Shown here: positions 13,336 through 24,261 of the stretch, one piece after another
How the letters are laid out: each line of letters begins with the position of its first letter
How positions within the stretch are numbered: the first letter of the stretch is position 1
From: Squalus acanthias
Lineage: Eukaryota
Reading direction: 5' to 3'
DNA length: 64,000 nt
Assembly: GCA_030390025.1 (NCBI GenBank)
Contig: CM059432.1
Span: 5,394,001 to 5,458,000 of the forward strand
Notes under the pieces: generated by a model
Seen by the model: only the letters and a program-made list of their open reading frames with translations
The model's database searches: none
What the model was told of the DNA's origin: nothing
Made by a program: the position numbers and the translations under genes

Positions 13336-14539
13336 ATGGGGAAGGGCTTTGATAGGGATGGGAAGAGATGGGCTGTGATAGGGTGGAATGGGAAAGAGCT
13401 GCGATGGGGTGGGATTGCGAAGGGCTGTGATAGGATGGAATGGGGACAGGCTGGTCTCTGATAGGGTGGAATGGGGAGGAGCTGTGATGAGGTGGAATGG
13501 TGAAGGGCTGTGATAGGGTGGAATGGGGATGGGTTGGTCTCTGATAGGGTGGAATGGGGAAGAGCTGTGATGGGCTGGAATGGGGAAGAGCTGTGATGGG
13601 GTGGAATGGGGAAGAGCTGTGATGGGGTGGAATGGGGAAGGGCTGTGATGGGGTGGAATGGGGAAGGGCTGTGATGGGGTGGAATGGGGAAGGGCAGTGT
13701 TGGGCTGAGCTGTGATTGGGTGGAATGGGGCAGGGAAGGGCTGGGTGGAATGGGGAAGGGAAGGGCTGTGATTGGGTCGAATGGGGAAGGGCTGGGCTGT
13801 GATTGGGTGGAATGGGGAAGGGCACGGCTAGGCTGTGATTGGGTGGAATGGGGTAGGGCAGGGCTGGGCTGTGATTGGGTGGAATGGGGCAGGGCTGGGC
13901 TGTGATTGGGTGGAATGGGGAAGGGAAGGGCTGAGCTATGATTGGGTGGAATGGGGAAGGGTTGGGCTGTGATTGATTGGGTGGAATGTGGAAGGGAAGG
14001 GCTGGGCTGTGATTGGGTGGAACAGGGAAGGGAAGGGCTAGGCTGTGATTGGGTGGAATGGGCAAGGGAAGGGCTGGGCTGTGATTGGGTGGAATGTGGA
14101 AATGCAGGGCTGAGATTGGGTGGAATGGGGAAGGGAAGGGCTGGGCTGTGATTGGGTGGAATGGGGAAGGGTAGGGCTGGGCTGCGATTGGGTGGAATGG
14201 GCAAGGGAAGTGCTGGGCTGTGATTGGGTGGAATGTGGAAATGCAGGGCTGAGATTGGGTGGAATGGGGAAGGGAAGGGCTGGGCTGTGATTGGGTGGAA
14301 TGGGGAAGGGTAGGGCTGGGCTGTGATTGGGTGGAATGGGGAAGGACTGGGCTGTGATTGGGTGAATGGCGAAGGACTGGGCCGTGATTGGGTGGAATGG
14401 GGAAGGGCTGGGCTGTGATAGGCTGGAATGGGGAAGAGCTGAGATGTGATAGGGTGCAATGGGGAAGGGCAGTGATGGGCTGGAATGGGGACGGGCAGTG
14501 ATGGGCTGGAATAGGGAAGGGCAGTGATGGGCTGGAATG

Positions 14540-14632
14540 GACAAAAATGAGAAGTCGCACAACACCAGGTTATAGTCCAACAGTTTTATTTGAAATCACG
14601 AGCTTTTGGAGCGCTGCTCCTTCGTCAGGTAA
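14540..14632 (-). mobile_element. Penelope-like terminal fragment with hammerhead motif (copy 2, duplicated with the array)
   Basis: Appears identical to 13243-13335, offset 1297 bp, with matching satellite flanks. Confidence 0.7.
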
Positions 14633-16464
14633 ATGGGGAAGGGCTTTGATAGGGATGGGAAGAGATGGGCTGTGATAGGGTGGAATGGGAAAGAGCTGCG
14701 ATGGGGTGGGGCTATGATGGGGTGGAACGGGGAATAAATGGGATAGGGTGGAACGGGGCTGGGCTGTGATAGGGTGGAATGGGGAAGGGAAGGGCTGTGA
14801 TAGGGTGGAAAGGGGAAGTGCTTTGATGGGCTGGAATGGGGAAGGGCAGTGATGGGCTGGGCTGTGATTGGGTGTAATGGGGCAGGGAAGGGCTGGGTGG
14901 AATGGGGAAGGGCTGGGCTGTGATTGGGTGGAATAGGGAAGGGCAGGGCTGGGCTGTGATCGGGTGGAATGGGGAAGGGCTGCGCTATGATTGGGTGGAA
15001 TGGGGCAGGGCTGGGCTGTGATTGGGTGGAATGGGGAAGGGCTGGGCTGTGATTGGGTTTAATGCGCAGGGCTGGGCTGTGATTGGGTGGAATGGGGAAG
15101 GGAAGGGCTAGGCTGTGATTGGATGGAATGGGGAAGGGAAGGGCTGGGCTGTGATTGGGTGGAATGGGGAAGGGCTGGGCTGTGATTGGGTGGAATGGGG
15201 AAGGGCTGGCCTGTGATTGGGTGGAATGGGGACGGGCTGGGCTGTGATTGGGTGGAATGTGGAATGGCTGGGCTGTGATTGGGTGGAATGAGGAAGGGCT
15301 GGGCTGTGATTGGGTGGAATGGGGAAGGGCTGGGCTGTGATAGGCTGGAATGGGGAAGGGCTGTGATGGGGTGGAATGGGTAAGGGCTGTGATAGGGTGG
15401 AATGGGGATGGGCAGTGATGGGGTGGAATAGGGAAGGGCTTTGATAGGGAAGGGAAGAGATGGGCTGTGATAGGGTGGAATGGGAAAGAGCTGCGATTGG
15501 GTGGAATGGGAAAGGGCTGGTCTCTGATAGGGTGGAATGGGGAAGAGCTGTGATGGGGTGGAATGGGGAAGGGCTGGTCTCTGATAGGGTGGAATGGGGA
15601 AGGGCTGTGATAGGGTGGAATGGGGAAGGGCTGTGTTCGGGTGGAGACCTATCTTTTCCCAGCCCCCATTCTCACCGGCCCAAGCAGCGAGTAATGGAAC
15701 AAGCCACAGGCAGAATTAGAAATTGCAGGTCAGTCGACATCTGTCGAGAGAGAAAAAACTGATTAGTAATTCGGACAGTGTCCTTCAGAACTGACGAGCC
15801 GAAAATGATAACCCATTTTAATACAATCAGGGTTGGGTAGAAACAAATAACAGATCGTGGAATCACAGAGAAGTCGTTAGTAGTTGAATGGCCTTCGAAC
15901 TGAAACAGAAGCAGGTGATCATTGGGTGATACGAAGGATCATCTCCGACACGCAATAGGCGGAAGTTATAGGAACTGCAAATAGCTGAGAAAATATTGGA
16001 GGATTGGAAAATTACAGAGAAAACCTAGAATTAAAAGTGAAGTGCTGGGAAATGGAGGATGCAGCTAAGATCAGAATTTACTAAAGTCATTGGCCCCGAA
16101 TTTGCAGTCAGCGGCGAAGCAAAGAAAGCTGCCCACAAAGGTCTAGCGATCTCTGTGGCATCAATTTCAGCTCTCCCGACCTTCACTTGAACCTGGCGCC
16201 AAATCAAGCGAATCACCAGCGTCCAGCATTGAAGAATTTTCAGAGACAGCAAACCAGGAAGTAAGAGGCACAGATTATAATTTACTATTTATAAATTTTA
16301 CAGAGCGCGAAATAAAGATTGGGACATAAACATAGGGTTAAGGAAAAGCTGAAATATAAACAAACATTTTTTAAAAAGTTATATCAAAAGCCATGTGATT
16401 CTTATCATAATAGAAAAATTTGACATAGCACAAATATAAAATTAGTTTTTCAGAGCCAGAACAA

Positions 16465-17165
16465 TTGTTCAGCCGTCATATCCACAGCATAACTAAGACT
16501 GCCTTTTTCCACCTCTGTAACATCTCCCGTCTCCACCCTTGCCTCAGCTCATCCGCTGCTGAAACCCTCATCCGCGCCTTTGTTACCTCTAGACTTGACT
16601 ATTCCAACACACTCCTGGCTGGCCTCCCACATTCTACCCTACGTAAACTTGAGGTCATCCAAAACTTGGCTGCCCGTGTCCTAACTCGCACCATGTCCCG
16701 TTCGCCCATCACCCCCTGTGCTCGCTGACCTACACTGGCTCCCGGTTAAGCATCGCCTCGATTTCAAAATTCTCATCCTTGTTTTCAAATCCCTCCATGG
16801 CCTCGCCCCCTCCCTCTCTCTGCAATCTCTTCAAGCCCCTCAACCCCCCGAGAAATCTGCGCTCCTCGAATTCTGCCCTCTTGAGCATCCCTGATTATAA
16901 TCGCTCAACCTTTGGTGGCTGTGCCTTCTGCTGCCGAGGCCCTAAGCTCTGGAATTCCCTCCCTAAACCTCTCTACCTCTCCTCCTTTAAGACGCTCCTT
17001 AAAACCTACCTCTTTGACCAAGCTTTTGGTCACCTGCCCTAATTTCTCCTTATGTGGTTCGGTGTCAAATTTTTTGGCTTATAATAATCCTGTGCCGCGT
17101 CTTGGGACGTTTTACAGCGTTAAAGACGCTATATAAATACTTTTTGTTGTTGAAGTTGTTGTTGA
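16465..17165 (+). mobile_element. L2-clade LINE 3' fragment
   Basis: Translation HIHSITKTAFFHLCNISRL...AETLIRAFVTSRLDYSN...IQNLAARVLT is the typical L2 ORF2 C-terminus; ends in a (TTG)n tail. Confidence 0.88.
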
Positions 17166-17234
17166 AATGCAGAGAGTTTCGTCGTCATCACCACCACAAA
17201 ATGCGGGCCGTTATTTGGACCGGAGGATTGCAGG

Positions 17235-17460
17235 TTTTCCAGCTGAAAGCGGACGCACTGTTCCTGAAGCTTGCCTTTGACCTTGTTTTGAACAATGTAC
17301 AAGGGTCAAAGATGGAGAAATCAGAGTGGAAATGGAAGGACGAGCTGAGTTGGCAAGGCACAGTGAGCTTAGGGTCGCACTCGTGGAAAGAACTGAGGTG
17401 CAAAGTGGCCCCCTAATCAGCATTTGGCCTTCCCAACGTAGAGGGGGCCACACCATCAAT
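17235..17460 (-). mobile_element. Old Penelope-like element, GIY-YIG endonuclease remnant
   Basis: Minus strand gives WCGPLYVGKAKC*LGGHFA (YIG-like motif) and HLSSFHECDPKLTVPCQLSS, which is homologous to the peptide at 57790-57995. Related sequence appears to resume at ~21953 after the CR1. Confidence 0.65.
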
Positions 17461-17546
17461 AGCATGGAAGATAGGAGCAGGAGTAGGCCATTCGGCCCCT
17501 CGAGCCTGCTCCGCCATTTAATGAGATCATGGCTGATCATCCAAAT

Positions 17547-20340
17547 TCAGTACCCTGTCCCTGCTTTCTCCCCATATCCCTTGATCCCTTTAGCCTTAAG
17601 AAATATATCTATCTCCTTCTTGAATAAATTTAATGAATTGTCCTCAACTGCCTTCTGTGGTAGAGAATTCCACAGGTTCACCACTCTCTGGGTGAAGAAA
17701 TTCCTCCTCATCTCTGTCCTAAATGGCTTACCCCTTATCCTTAGTCTGTGACCCCTGGTTCTGGACTCACCCCGCCATCGGGAGCATCCTTCCTGCATCT
17801 AGTCTGTCTAGTCCTGTTAGAATTTTATAAGTTTCAATGAGATCCCCTCTCATTCTTCTAAACTCTAGTGAATATAAGCCTAATCAACCCAATCTCTCTT
17901 CATACGTCATTCCTGCCATCCCAGGTATCAGTCTGGTAAATCTTCGCTGCACTCCCTCCATGGCAAGAACATCCTTCCTCAGATAAGGCAACCAAAACTG
18001 CACACAATACTCAAGGTGTGGTCTCACCAAGGCCTTGTACAACTGCAGCAAGACATCCTTGCTCCTGTACTCGAATCCTCTCGCTATGAAGGCCAACATA
18101 CCATTTGCCTTCTTAACCGCTTGCTGCACCTGCATGCTTACCTTTAGCGACTGGTGCACAAGGATGCCCAGATCTCGTTGCACTTCCCCTTTTCCCAATC
18201 TATTGCCGTTCAGATAATAATCTGTCTTCCTGTTTTTGCCACCAAAGTGGATAACCTTGCATTTATCCACATTATACTGCATCTGCCATGCATCTGCCCA
18301 ATCACCCAACCTGTCCAAATCATACTGGAGTTTCTCTGCATCCTCCTCACAGCACACACGCCCACCCAGCTTTGTGTCGTCTGCAAACTTGGAGATATTA
18401 CATCTAGTTCCCTCGTCTAGATCATTAATATATATTGTGAATAGCTGGGGTCCTAGGACCGATCCCTGCGGTACCCCACTGGTCACTGCCTGCCACTCGG
18501 AAAAAGATCCGTTTATTCCAACTCTTTGCCTCCTGTCTGCCAACCAGTTCTCTATCCAAATCAGTACCTCACCCCCAATCCCATGTGCTTTAACTTTGCA
18601 CGCTAATCTCTTATGCGGGACCTTATCGAAAGCCTTCTGAAAGTCCAAATACACCACATCCACTGTTTCTCCCTTATCTATCCTACCAGTTACATCCTCA
18701 AAAAATTCCAGTAGATTAGTCAAGCATGATTTAGTTTTTGTAAATCCATGTTGACTTTGTCCGATCCTGTCACTGTTTTCCAAGTGCTCTGCTATTACAT
18801 CTTTTATAATGGATTCTAGCATTTTGCCCACTACCGATGTCAGGCTTACCGGTCTATAATTCCCCGTTTTTTCTCTACCACCTTTTTTAAATAGTGGGGT
18901 TACATTAGCTACCCTCCAATCCATGGGAACTGTTCCAGAGTCTATAGAATTTTAAAAGATGACCAGCAATGCATCTACTATTTCTAGGGCCACTTCCTTA
19001 AGTACCCTAGGATGTAGATTATCAGGCCCTGGGGATTTATCGGCCTTCAATCCCGTCAATTTCCCTAACACCATTTCCCTACAAATACTGATTTAATTCA
19101 ATTCCTCCCTCTCATTAGACCCTATGTTCCCCGACATCTCTGGGAGTTTATTTGTGTCCTCCTTTGTGAAGACAGAACCAAAGTATGTATTTAATTCGTC
19201 AGCCATTTCTTTGTTCCCCATTAGAAATTCCCCTGATTCTGACTGCAAGGGACCTACGCTTGACTTCACCAATCTTTTTCTCTTCACATATCTATAGAAG
19301 CTTTTACAGTCAGTTTTTATGTTCCCTGCAAGCTTACTCTCATATTCTATTTCCCCCCTCTTAATTAATCCCTTTGTCCTCCTTTGCTGAATCCTAAACT
19401 GCTCCCAATCCTCAGGTTTGCTGCTTTTTCTGGCCAATTTATATGTCCTCTCCTTGGATCTTATGCTATCCCTGATTTCCCTTGTTAGCCACGGTTGAGT
19501 CACCTTTTTTGTTTTATTTTTATGCCAAACAGGGATGAACAAATTCTGTAGTTAATCCATGCGATCTTTGAATGTTTGCCATTGTCTATCCACCGTCAAC
19601 CCTTTAAGTAATGCTCCCCAATCCACCCTAGCCAACCCGCGCCTCGTACCATCGTAGTTTCCTTTATTTAAATTCAGGACCCTAGTCTCTGAGTCAACTA
19701 CTTCACTCTCCATCTTAATGAAGAATTCTATCATGTTATGATCGTTCCTCCCCAAGGGGCCTCGCACAACAAGATTGCTAATTAACCCTTTCTCATTCCA
19801 TAATACCCAGTCTAAGATGGCCTGATCTCTAGTTGGTTCCTCGACATATTGGTCCAGGAAACCATCCCGGTCTAGGAATTACTCCTCCACAGTATTGTTA
19901 CTAATTTGGTTAGCCCAATCTATATGTAGATTAAAGTCACCCATGATAACTGCTGTGCCCTTATTGCACGCGTCTCTAACTTCCCGTTTAATGCCATCCC
20001 CAACCTCAGCATTACTGTTTGGGGGTCTGTATACAACTCCCACTAACGTTCTCTGCCCCATGGTATTTCTCAGCTCTACCCATACAGATTCCACATCATC
20101 AGAGCTAATATCCTTCCTTACTATTGTGTTAATCTCCTCTTTAACCAGCAATGCTACCCCACCTCCTTTTCCTTTTTGTCTGTCCTTCCTGAATATTGAA
20201 TACCCCTGGATGTTGAATTCCCAGTCTTGGTCACCCTGGAGCCATGTCTCCGTAATCCCAATTATATCATATCTGTTTACATCTAATTGCGCAGCTAATT
20301 CATCCACCTTATTACGAATGCTCCTCGCATTAAGACACAA
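17547..20340 (-). pseudogene. CR1 ORF2 (APE endonuclease + reverse transcriptase), broken by several stops
   Basis: Fragments 19879-20340 (CLNARS, GITETWL, MGDFN), 19552-19767, 19093-19542, 17884-18924 (YLDFQKAFD, GVPQGSVLGP, KFADD) and 17547-17798. Confidence 0.93.
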
Positions 20341-20468
20341 AGCCTTCAGGCTTGTTTTTTTAACGCTCTTAGTCCTTTTAGAATTATTATTTACTGTAGC
20401 CCTGTTTGATTTACACCCTTGATTTCTCTGCCTTCCACTTTTGCTTTTCTCCTTCCTGTCTTTTGCTT

Positions 20469-21476
20469 CTATCCTTGCTTCCCTTTCCTCTGTTTCTCTG
20501 CACAGGTTCCCAACCCCCTCCCATTTGAGTTTAAACCCTCCCCAACAGCACTAGCAAACACTCCCCCTAGGACATCGGTCCCGGTCCTGCCCAGGTGCAA
20601 ACCGTCCAGTTTGTACTGGTTCCACCTCCCCCAGAACCGGTTCCAATGTCCCAGGAATTTGAATCCCTCCCCCTTGCACCATTCCTCTAGCCACGTATTC
20701 ATCTGAAATATCCTTCTATTTCTACTCTGACTAGCACGTGGCACTGGTAGCAATCCTGAGATTACTACCTTTGAGGTCCTATTTTTTAATTTACCTCCTA
20801 GCTCCCTATATTCAGCTTTTAGGACCTCATCCCGTTTTTTACCTATATCGTTGGTACCTATATGCACCACAACAACTGGCTGTTCACCCTCCCCCTCCAG
20901 AATGCCCTGCAGCCGCTCCGAGACATCATTGACCCTTGCACCAGGGAGGCAACACACCATCCTGGAGTCTCGTTTGTGGCCGCAGAAACGCCTATCTATT
21001 CCCCTTACAATAGAATCCCCTATAACTATAGCTCTCCCGCTCTTTTTCCTCCCGTCCTGTGCAGCAGAACCACCCATGGTGCCAGGAAGTTGGTTGCTGC
21101 TGCCTTCCCCCGATAAGCCATCTCCCTCAACAATATCCAAAGTGGAATATCTGTTTGAGAGGGGGATGTCCACAGGGGACCCCTGCACTATCTGCCTGCG
21201 CCTACTACTCTGCCTGGTGGTCACCCATTCCCTTCCTGCCTGTGCAGCCTTTACCTGCGGTGTGACCAACTCCCTAAACGTGCTATCCACGATGTCCTCA
21301 GCATCGCGAATGCTCCAGTATGCATCCATTCGCAGCTCCAGCGCCGCAATGCGGTCTGCCAGTAGCTGCAGCTGGATACACTTCCCGCACACATGGTCAA
21401 CAGGGACACAGGAAGTGTCCCTGATTTCCCACATAGTGCAGGAGGAGCATGCCACGGGGCTGAGCTGTGCTGCCAT
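20469..21476 (-). CDS. CR1 ORF1p: N-terminal zinc finger plus SGNH esterase domain (open, 335 aa)
   Basis: CSSC...CGKC zinc motif, coiled region, then IVIGDSIVRG, CLPGA, VHIGTND and DGLHL esterase blocks. Confidence 0.9.
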   Translation of the reverse strand: MAAQLSPVACSSCTMWEIRDTSCVPVDHVCGKCIQLQLLADRIAALELRMDAYWSIRDAEDIVDSTFRELVTPQVKAAQAGREWVTTRQSSRRRQIVQGSPVDIPLSNRYSTLDIVEGDGLSGEGSSNQLPGTMGGSAAQDGRKKSGRAIVIGDSIVRGIDRRFCGHKRDSRMVCCLPGARVNDVSERLQGILEGEGEQPVVVVHIGTNDIGKKRDEVLKAEYRELGGKLKNRTSKVVISGLLPVPRASQSRNRRIFQMNTWLEEWCKGEGFKFLGHWNRFWGRWNQYKLDGLHLGRTGTDVLGGVFASAVGEGLNSNGRGLGTCAEKQRKGKQG

Positions 21477-21784
21477 GACTTATCCTTTAATTAATTTAAA
21501 TTAACTCAAATCAATACCACAAATTACACTACAATTAAATGATATACTCAAGGGCCCTTGTATATTAGCCCTCCCTGCTACACAACAGAGACCTTAGAAA
21601 CTATAACCACAAAAATTAGGACCTACTAAACTTTATAAACTATTAACCTTAACTGTCAAACTACAGAGTAGTATAAATACTCACCTGGCCGTACTCACCC
21701 AATCAGCTTGTTCCTCTTGTCCGCGTCACTTTTTGAATTGTGACGTGGCTCTGGAACGCTGCCGGCGGTCTGTGAGATTGGTAA

Positions 21785-21953
21785 GCCTCTGAAAAAAAGC
21801 CCGCGAAAGTGAGTTTTAATACTCACTGTGCTGCTGCTCTCCGCTCCCGACACTGGCCTCTGCAAAAAAGTCCGCGAAAGTGAGTTTAAATACTCACTGC
21901 GCTGCTGCTCTCCGCTCCCGACACTGGCCTCTGTAAAAAAAAAAAAAGCCCGC
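21785..21953. repeat. 71-bp tandem repeat (~2.3 copies) at the CR1 5' end
   Basis: gcctctg recurs at 21785, 21856 and 21927; each full unit has the hairpin GTGAGT-N6-ACTCAC. Confidence 0.85.
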
Positions 21954-22119
21954 AGTACACCGCATGTGTATATTGCTGTCTTGCATCTGGGTTGAAGAGA
22001 TGGATATTGAGAATGTTTTTAGAGGTGGAGAGAGAGTAGGGGCCAAGGCAGCGGAAGTATCTGCCACCAATGCAGGAGCAGAAGATAATGGCTGCAATAT
22101 TGAGCTATAGAAAATTATA

Positions 22120-22700
22120 ACAACAACAACTTGTATTTATACGGCGCCTTTAATGTAGTAAAACATCCCCAAGGCGCTTCACAGGAGTGTTATCAAAAAG
22201 AAATTGACACTGAGCCACAAAAAGGAGATATTAGGACAGGTGACCAAAAGCTTGGTCAAAGAGGTAGATTTTAAGGACCATCTTTAAGGAGGAGAGAGTG
22301 GCAGAGATGTTTAGGGAGGGAATTCCTTAGCTTGGGGCCCAGGCAGCTGAAGGCACGGCCGCCAATAGTGGAGAAATTTAAATCAGGGATGCGCAAGAGG
22401 CTGGAATTGGAGGAGCGCAGAGATCTCTAAGGGCTGTAGGGCTGGAGGAGATTACAGAGATAGGGAGGGGCGAGGCCATGGAAGGATTTGAAAACAGGGA
22501 CGAGAATTTTAAAATCAAGGCGTTGGTGGACCAGGAGCCAATGTAGGTCAGCGAGCACAGGGGGTGATGGGTGAACGGGGTTTGCTTTGAGTCAGGATAT
22601 GGACAGCAGAGTTTTGGATGAGCCCAAGTTTATGGAGGGAGCAAGGTTGGAGGCCGGCCATGAGAGCATTAGAATAGTCGAGTCTGGAGGCAACAAAAAG
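22120..22700 (-). mobile_element. L2 LINE 3' fragment
   Basis: (CAA)n tail then reverse-complement similarity to 16465-17165. Confidence 0.85.
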
Positions 22701-22752
22701 CAAGATTGCAACTATTGAATAATCCAAACAATTTTACCATCCCACCTTCATG

Positions 22753-23216
22753 GTCAGCTGTGGCTCAGTGGGTAGCACACTCGCCTCTGAGTCAGAACGT
22801 CGCGGGTTCAAGTCCCACTCCAGAGACTTGAGCACAAAATCTAGGCTGACACACCAGTGCAGTGTTGAGGGAGTGCTGCACTGTCGGAGGTGCCGTCTTT
22901 CGGATGAGATATTAAATTGAGGCCCTGTCTGCTCTCAGGTGGACATAAAAGATCCCATGGCGCTATTTCAAAGAGCAGGGGAGTTCTCCCCGGTGTCCTG
23001 GGGCCAATATTTACCCGTCAATCAACATCACAAAAAAACAGATGATCTGGTCATTATCACATTGCTGTTTGCGGGAACTTGCTGTACGTAAATTGGTTGC
23101 CGCGTTTCCCACATTACAACAGTGACTGCACTCCAAAAAAGTACTTCATTGGCTGTAAAGTGCTTTGGGACGTCTGGTGGTCGTGAAAGGCGCTATAGAA
23201 ATGCAAGTCTTTCTTT
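22753..23216 (+). mobile_element. Full-length tRNA-headed Deu-domain SINE (SacSINE1/AmnSINE-like)
   Basis: A box TGGCTCAGTGG, B box GGTTCAAGTCC, central gaggtgccgtctttcggatgaga...aagatcccatggc core, and an L2-like tail (ggcgctatagaaatgcaagtctttctt). About 11 copies in the window. Confidence 0.88.
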
Positions 23217-23971
23217 TAACAGCTAAGTGGCTGGAGCTACAGGTCTTCAATTTTACATTAAGTTTTTTTTTAAATGTTCCAGGAGTTAAGTGAGAGTGTG
23301 GTGGTGAGCCTCGTAAAAGTGTTGTTGGTCAACTGTAAATCATTGTGAGTTATCAATTAACTAGAGTTTACAATTTTGAAGTCCCTAGCTACTTTTCTTG
23401 AACATTGGCCACGTTCAAAATAAAAATATTTTATTTTATTTTCTTGAATTTGTCTGAATTTACCTGGGTTTTTTGAGACCTAGTTTTCTCCTGGGTTTTT
23501 TTTTTGTACCTCTGATTTTTTAAAAAAAAGGCTTTTAAATTGGTTAATAAACCTGACTTCAGTAATTATTATCGATGCACCAATATATCTTCTGGTTTGG
23601 CAGTCAGTAACACATCAAATTGTTTTCTTGCTCCCTCCAAATATAGCCCATTAAAATTCCATAAATCCCTTTAAAATATTAAAACATCATCTAATGAAGG
23701 CCGCATTAAATTTAAAGGGCTATATAATTAAACGAGCCCCAATTATTATGTCTGTCCAATGTTTATACATGAAGCTGGCTCTGAGTGGATTTGTTTTGAT
23801 CGCGCATGTTGCAATTTGCCATAAAAAGGCTTTCCAAAACACTGAAAAGAGGGTTTGCAATACGCTCTGATAACATTGAATGATTAATCAATTTAAACAA
23901 ACATTGCAATCAGTCTAGTATTTTAATATTCTGATGTTAAGATGCCCAAATCACTATTGGGGTAGGAATAC

Positions 23972-24260
23972 AACCCTCCGAGATATCTGCGCCTCCTCCA
24001 GTTCCGGCCTCTTGAGCATCCCCGATTTTAATCGCTCCACCATCAGTGGCCGTGCCTTCAGCTGCCGAGGCCCTAAGCTCTGGAATTCCCTCCCTAAACC
24101 TCTCCGTCTCTCTACCTCTCCCTCTGCCATTAAGACGCTCCTTAAAACCTATCTCTTTGACCAAGCTTTTGGTCATCTGTCCTAATATCTCCTTATGTGG
24201 CTCGGTGTCAAATTTTGTTTGAGAATCGCTCCTGTGAAGCGCCTGGGGACGTTTTACTAT
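23972..24260 (+). mobile_element. L2 LINE 3' fragment
   Basis: Similar to 16840-17120 (PKLWNSLP...KTYLFDQAF). Confidence 0.85.
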
Positions 24261-24261
24261 G

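Larger units (their letters stand above)
2550..15635. repeat. ~13 kb G-rich minisatellite, consensus GGGCTGTGATTGGGTGGAATGGGGAAGGGCT (31 bp) with 26- and 36-bp variants
   Basis: Directly visible tandem array of roughly 400 units with strong G/C strand asymmetry. Unit length varies by whole pentamers (GGGCT, GGGAA). Confidence 0.98.
17462..21953 (-). mobile_element. Near full-length CR1 LINE (5'UTR, ORF1, disrupted ORF2, 3' tail)
   Basis: Ordered on the minus strand: 5'UTR, ORF1 esterase, APE endonuclease, RT, C-terminal domain and a CR1 3'UTR (ggagcaggagtaggccattcggcccctcgagcctgctcc). Confidence 0.97.

Noticed and set aside
2501..14580. Very long Pro/His/Ser/Gln-rich ORFs (up to 1216 aa) on the minus strand
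   Set aside because: The C-rich strand of the 31-bp unit has no stop codon in any frame, so all three frames are open with the same 31-aa period. This is a satellite artefact, not a mucin or extensin gene.
2550..15635. CRISPR array or telomere
   Set aside because: Units are contiguous with no unique spacers, there are no cas genes, the context is eukaryotic, and there is no TTAGGG array.
2550..15635. True immunoglobulin switch region
   Set aside because: No Ig V, J or C exons in the window, the neighbour is LAPTM4B, and AGCT is a minor pentamer. Only compositional similarity is retained as a finding.
22753..22825. tRNA genes at SINE heads
   Set aside because: A/B boxes run straight into SINE bodies in every copy, so these are tRNA-derived heads, not tRNA genes.
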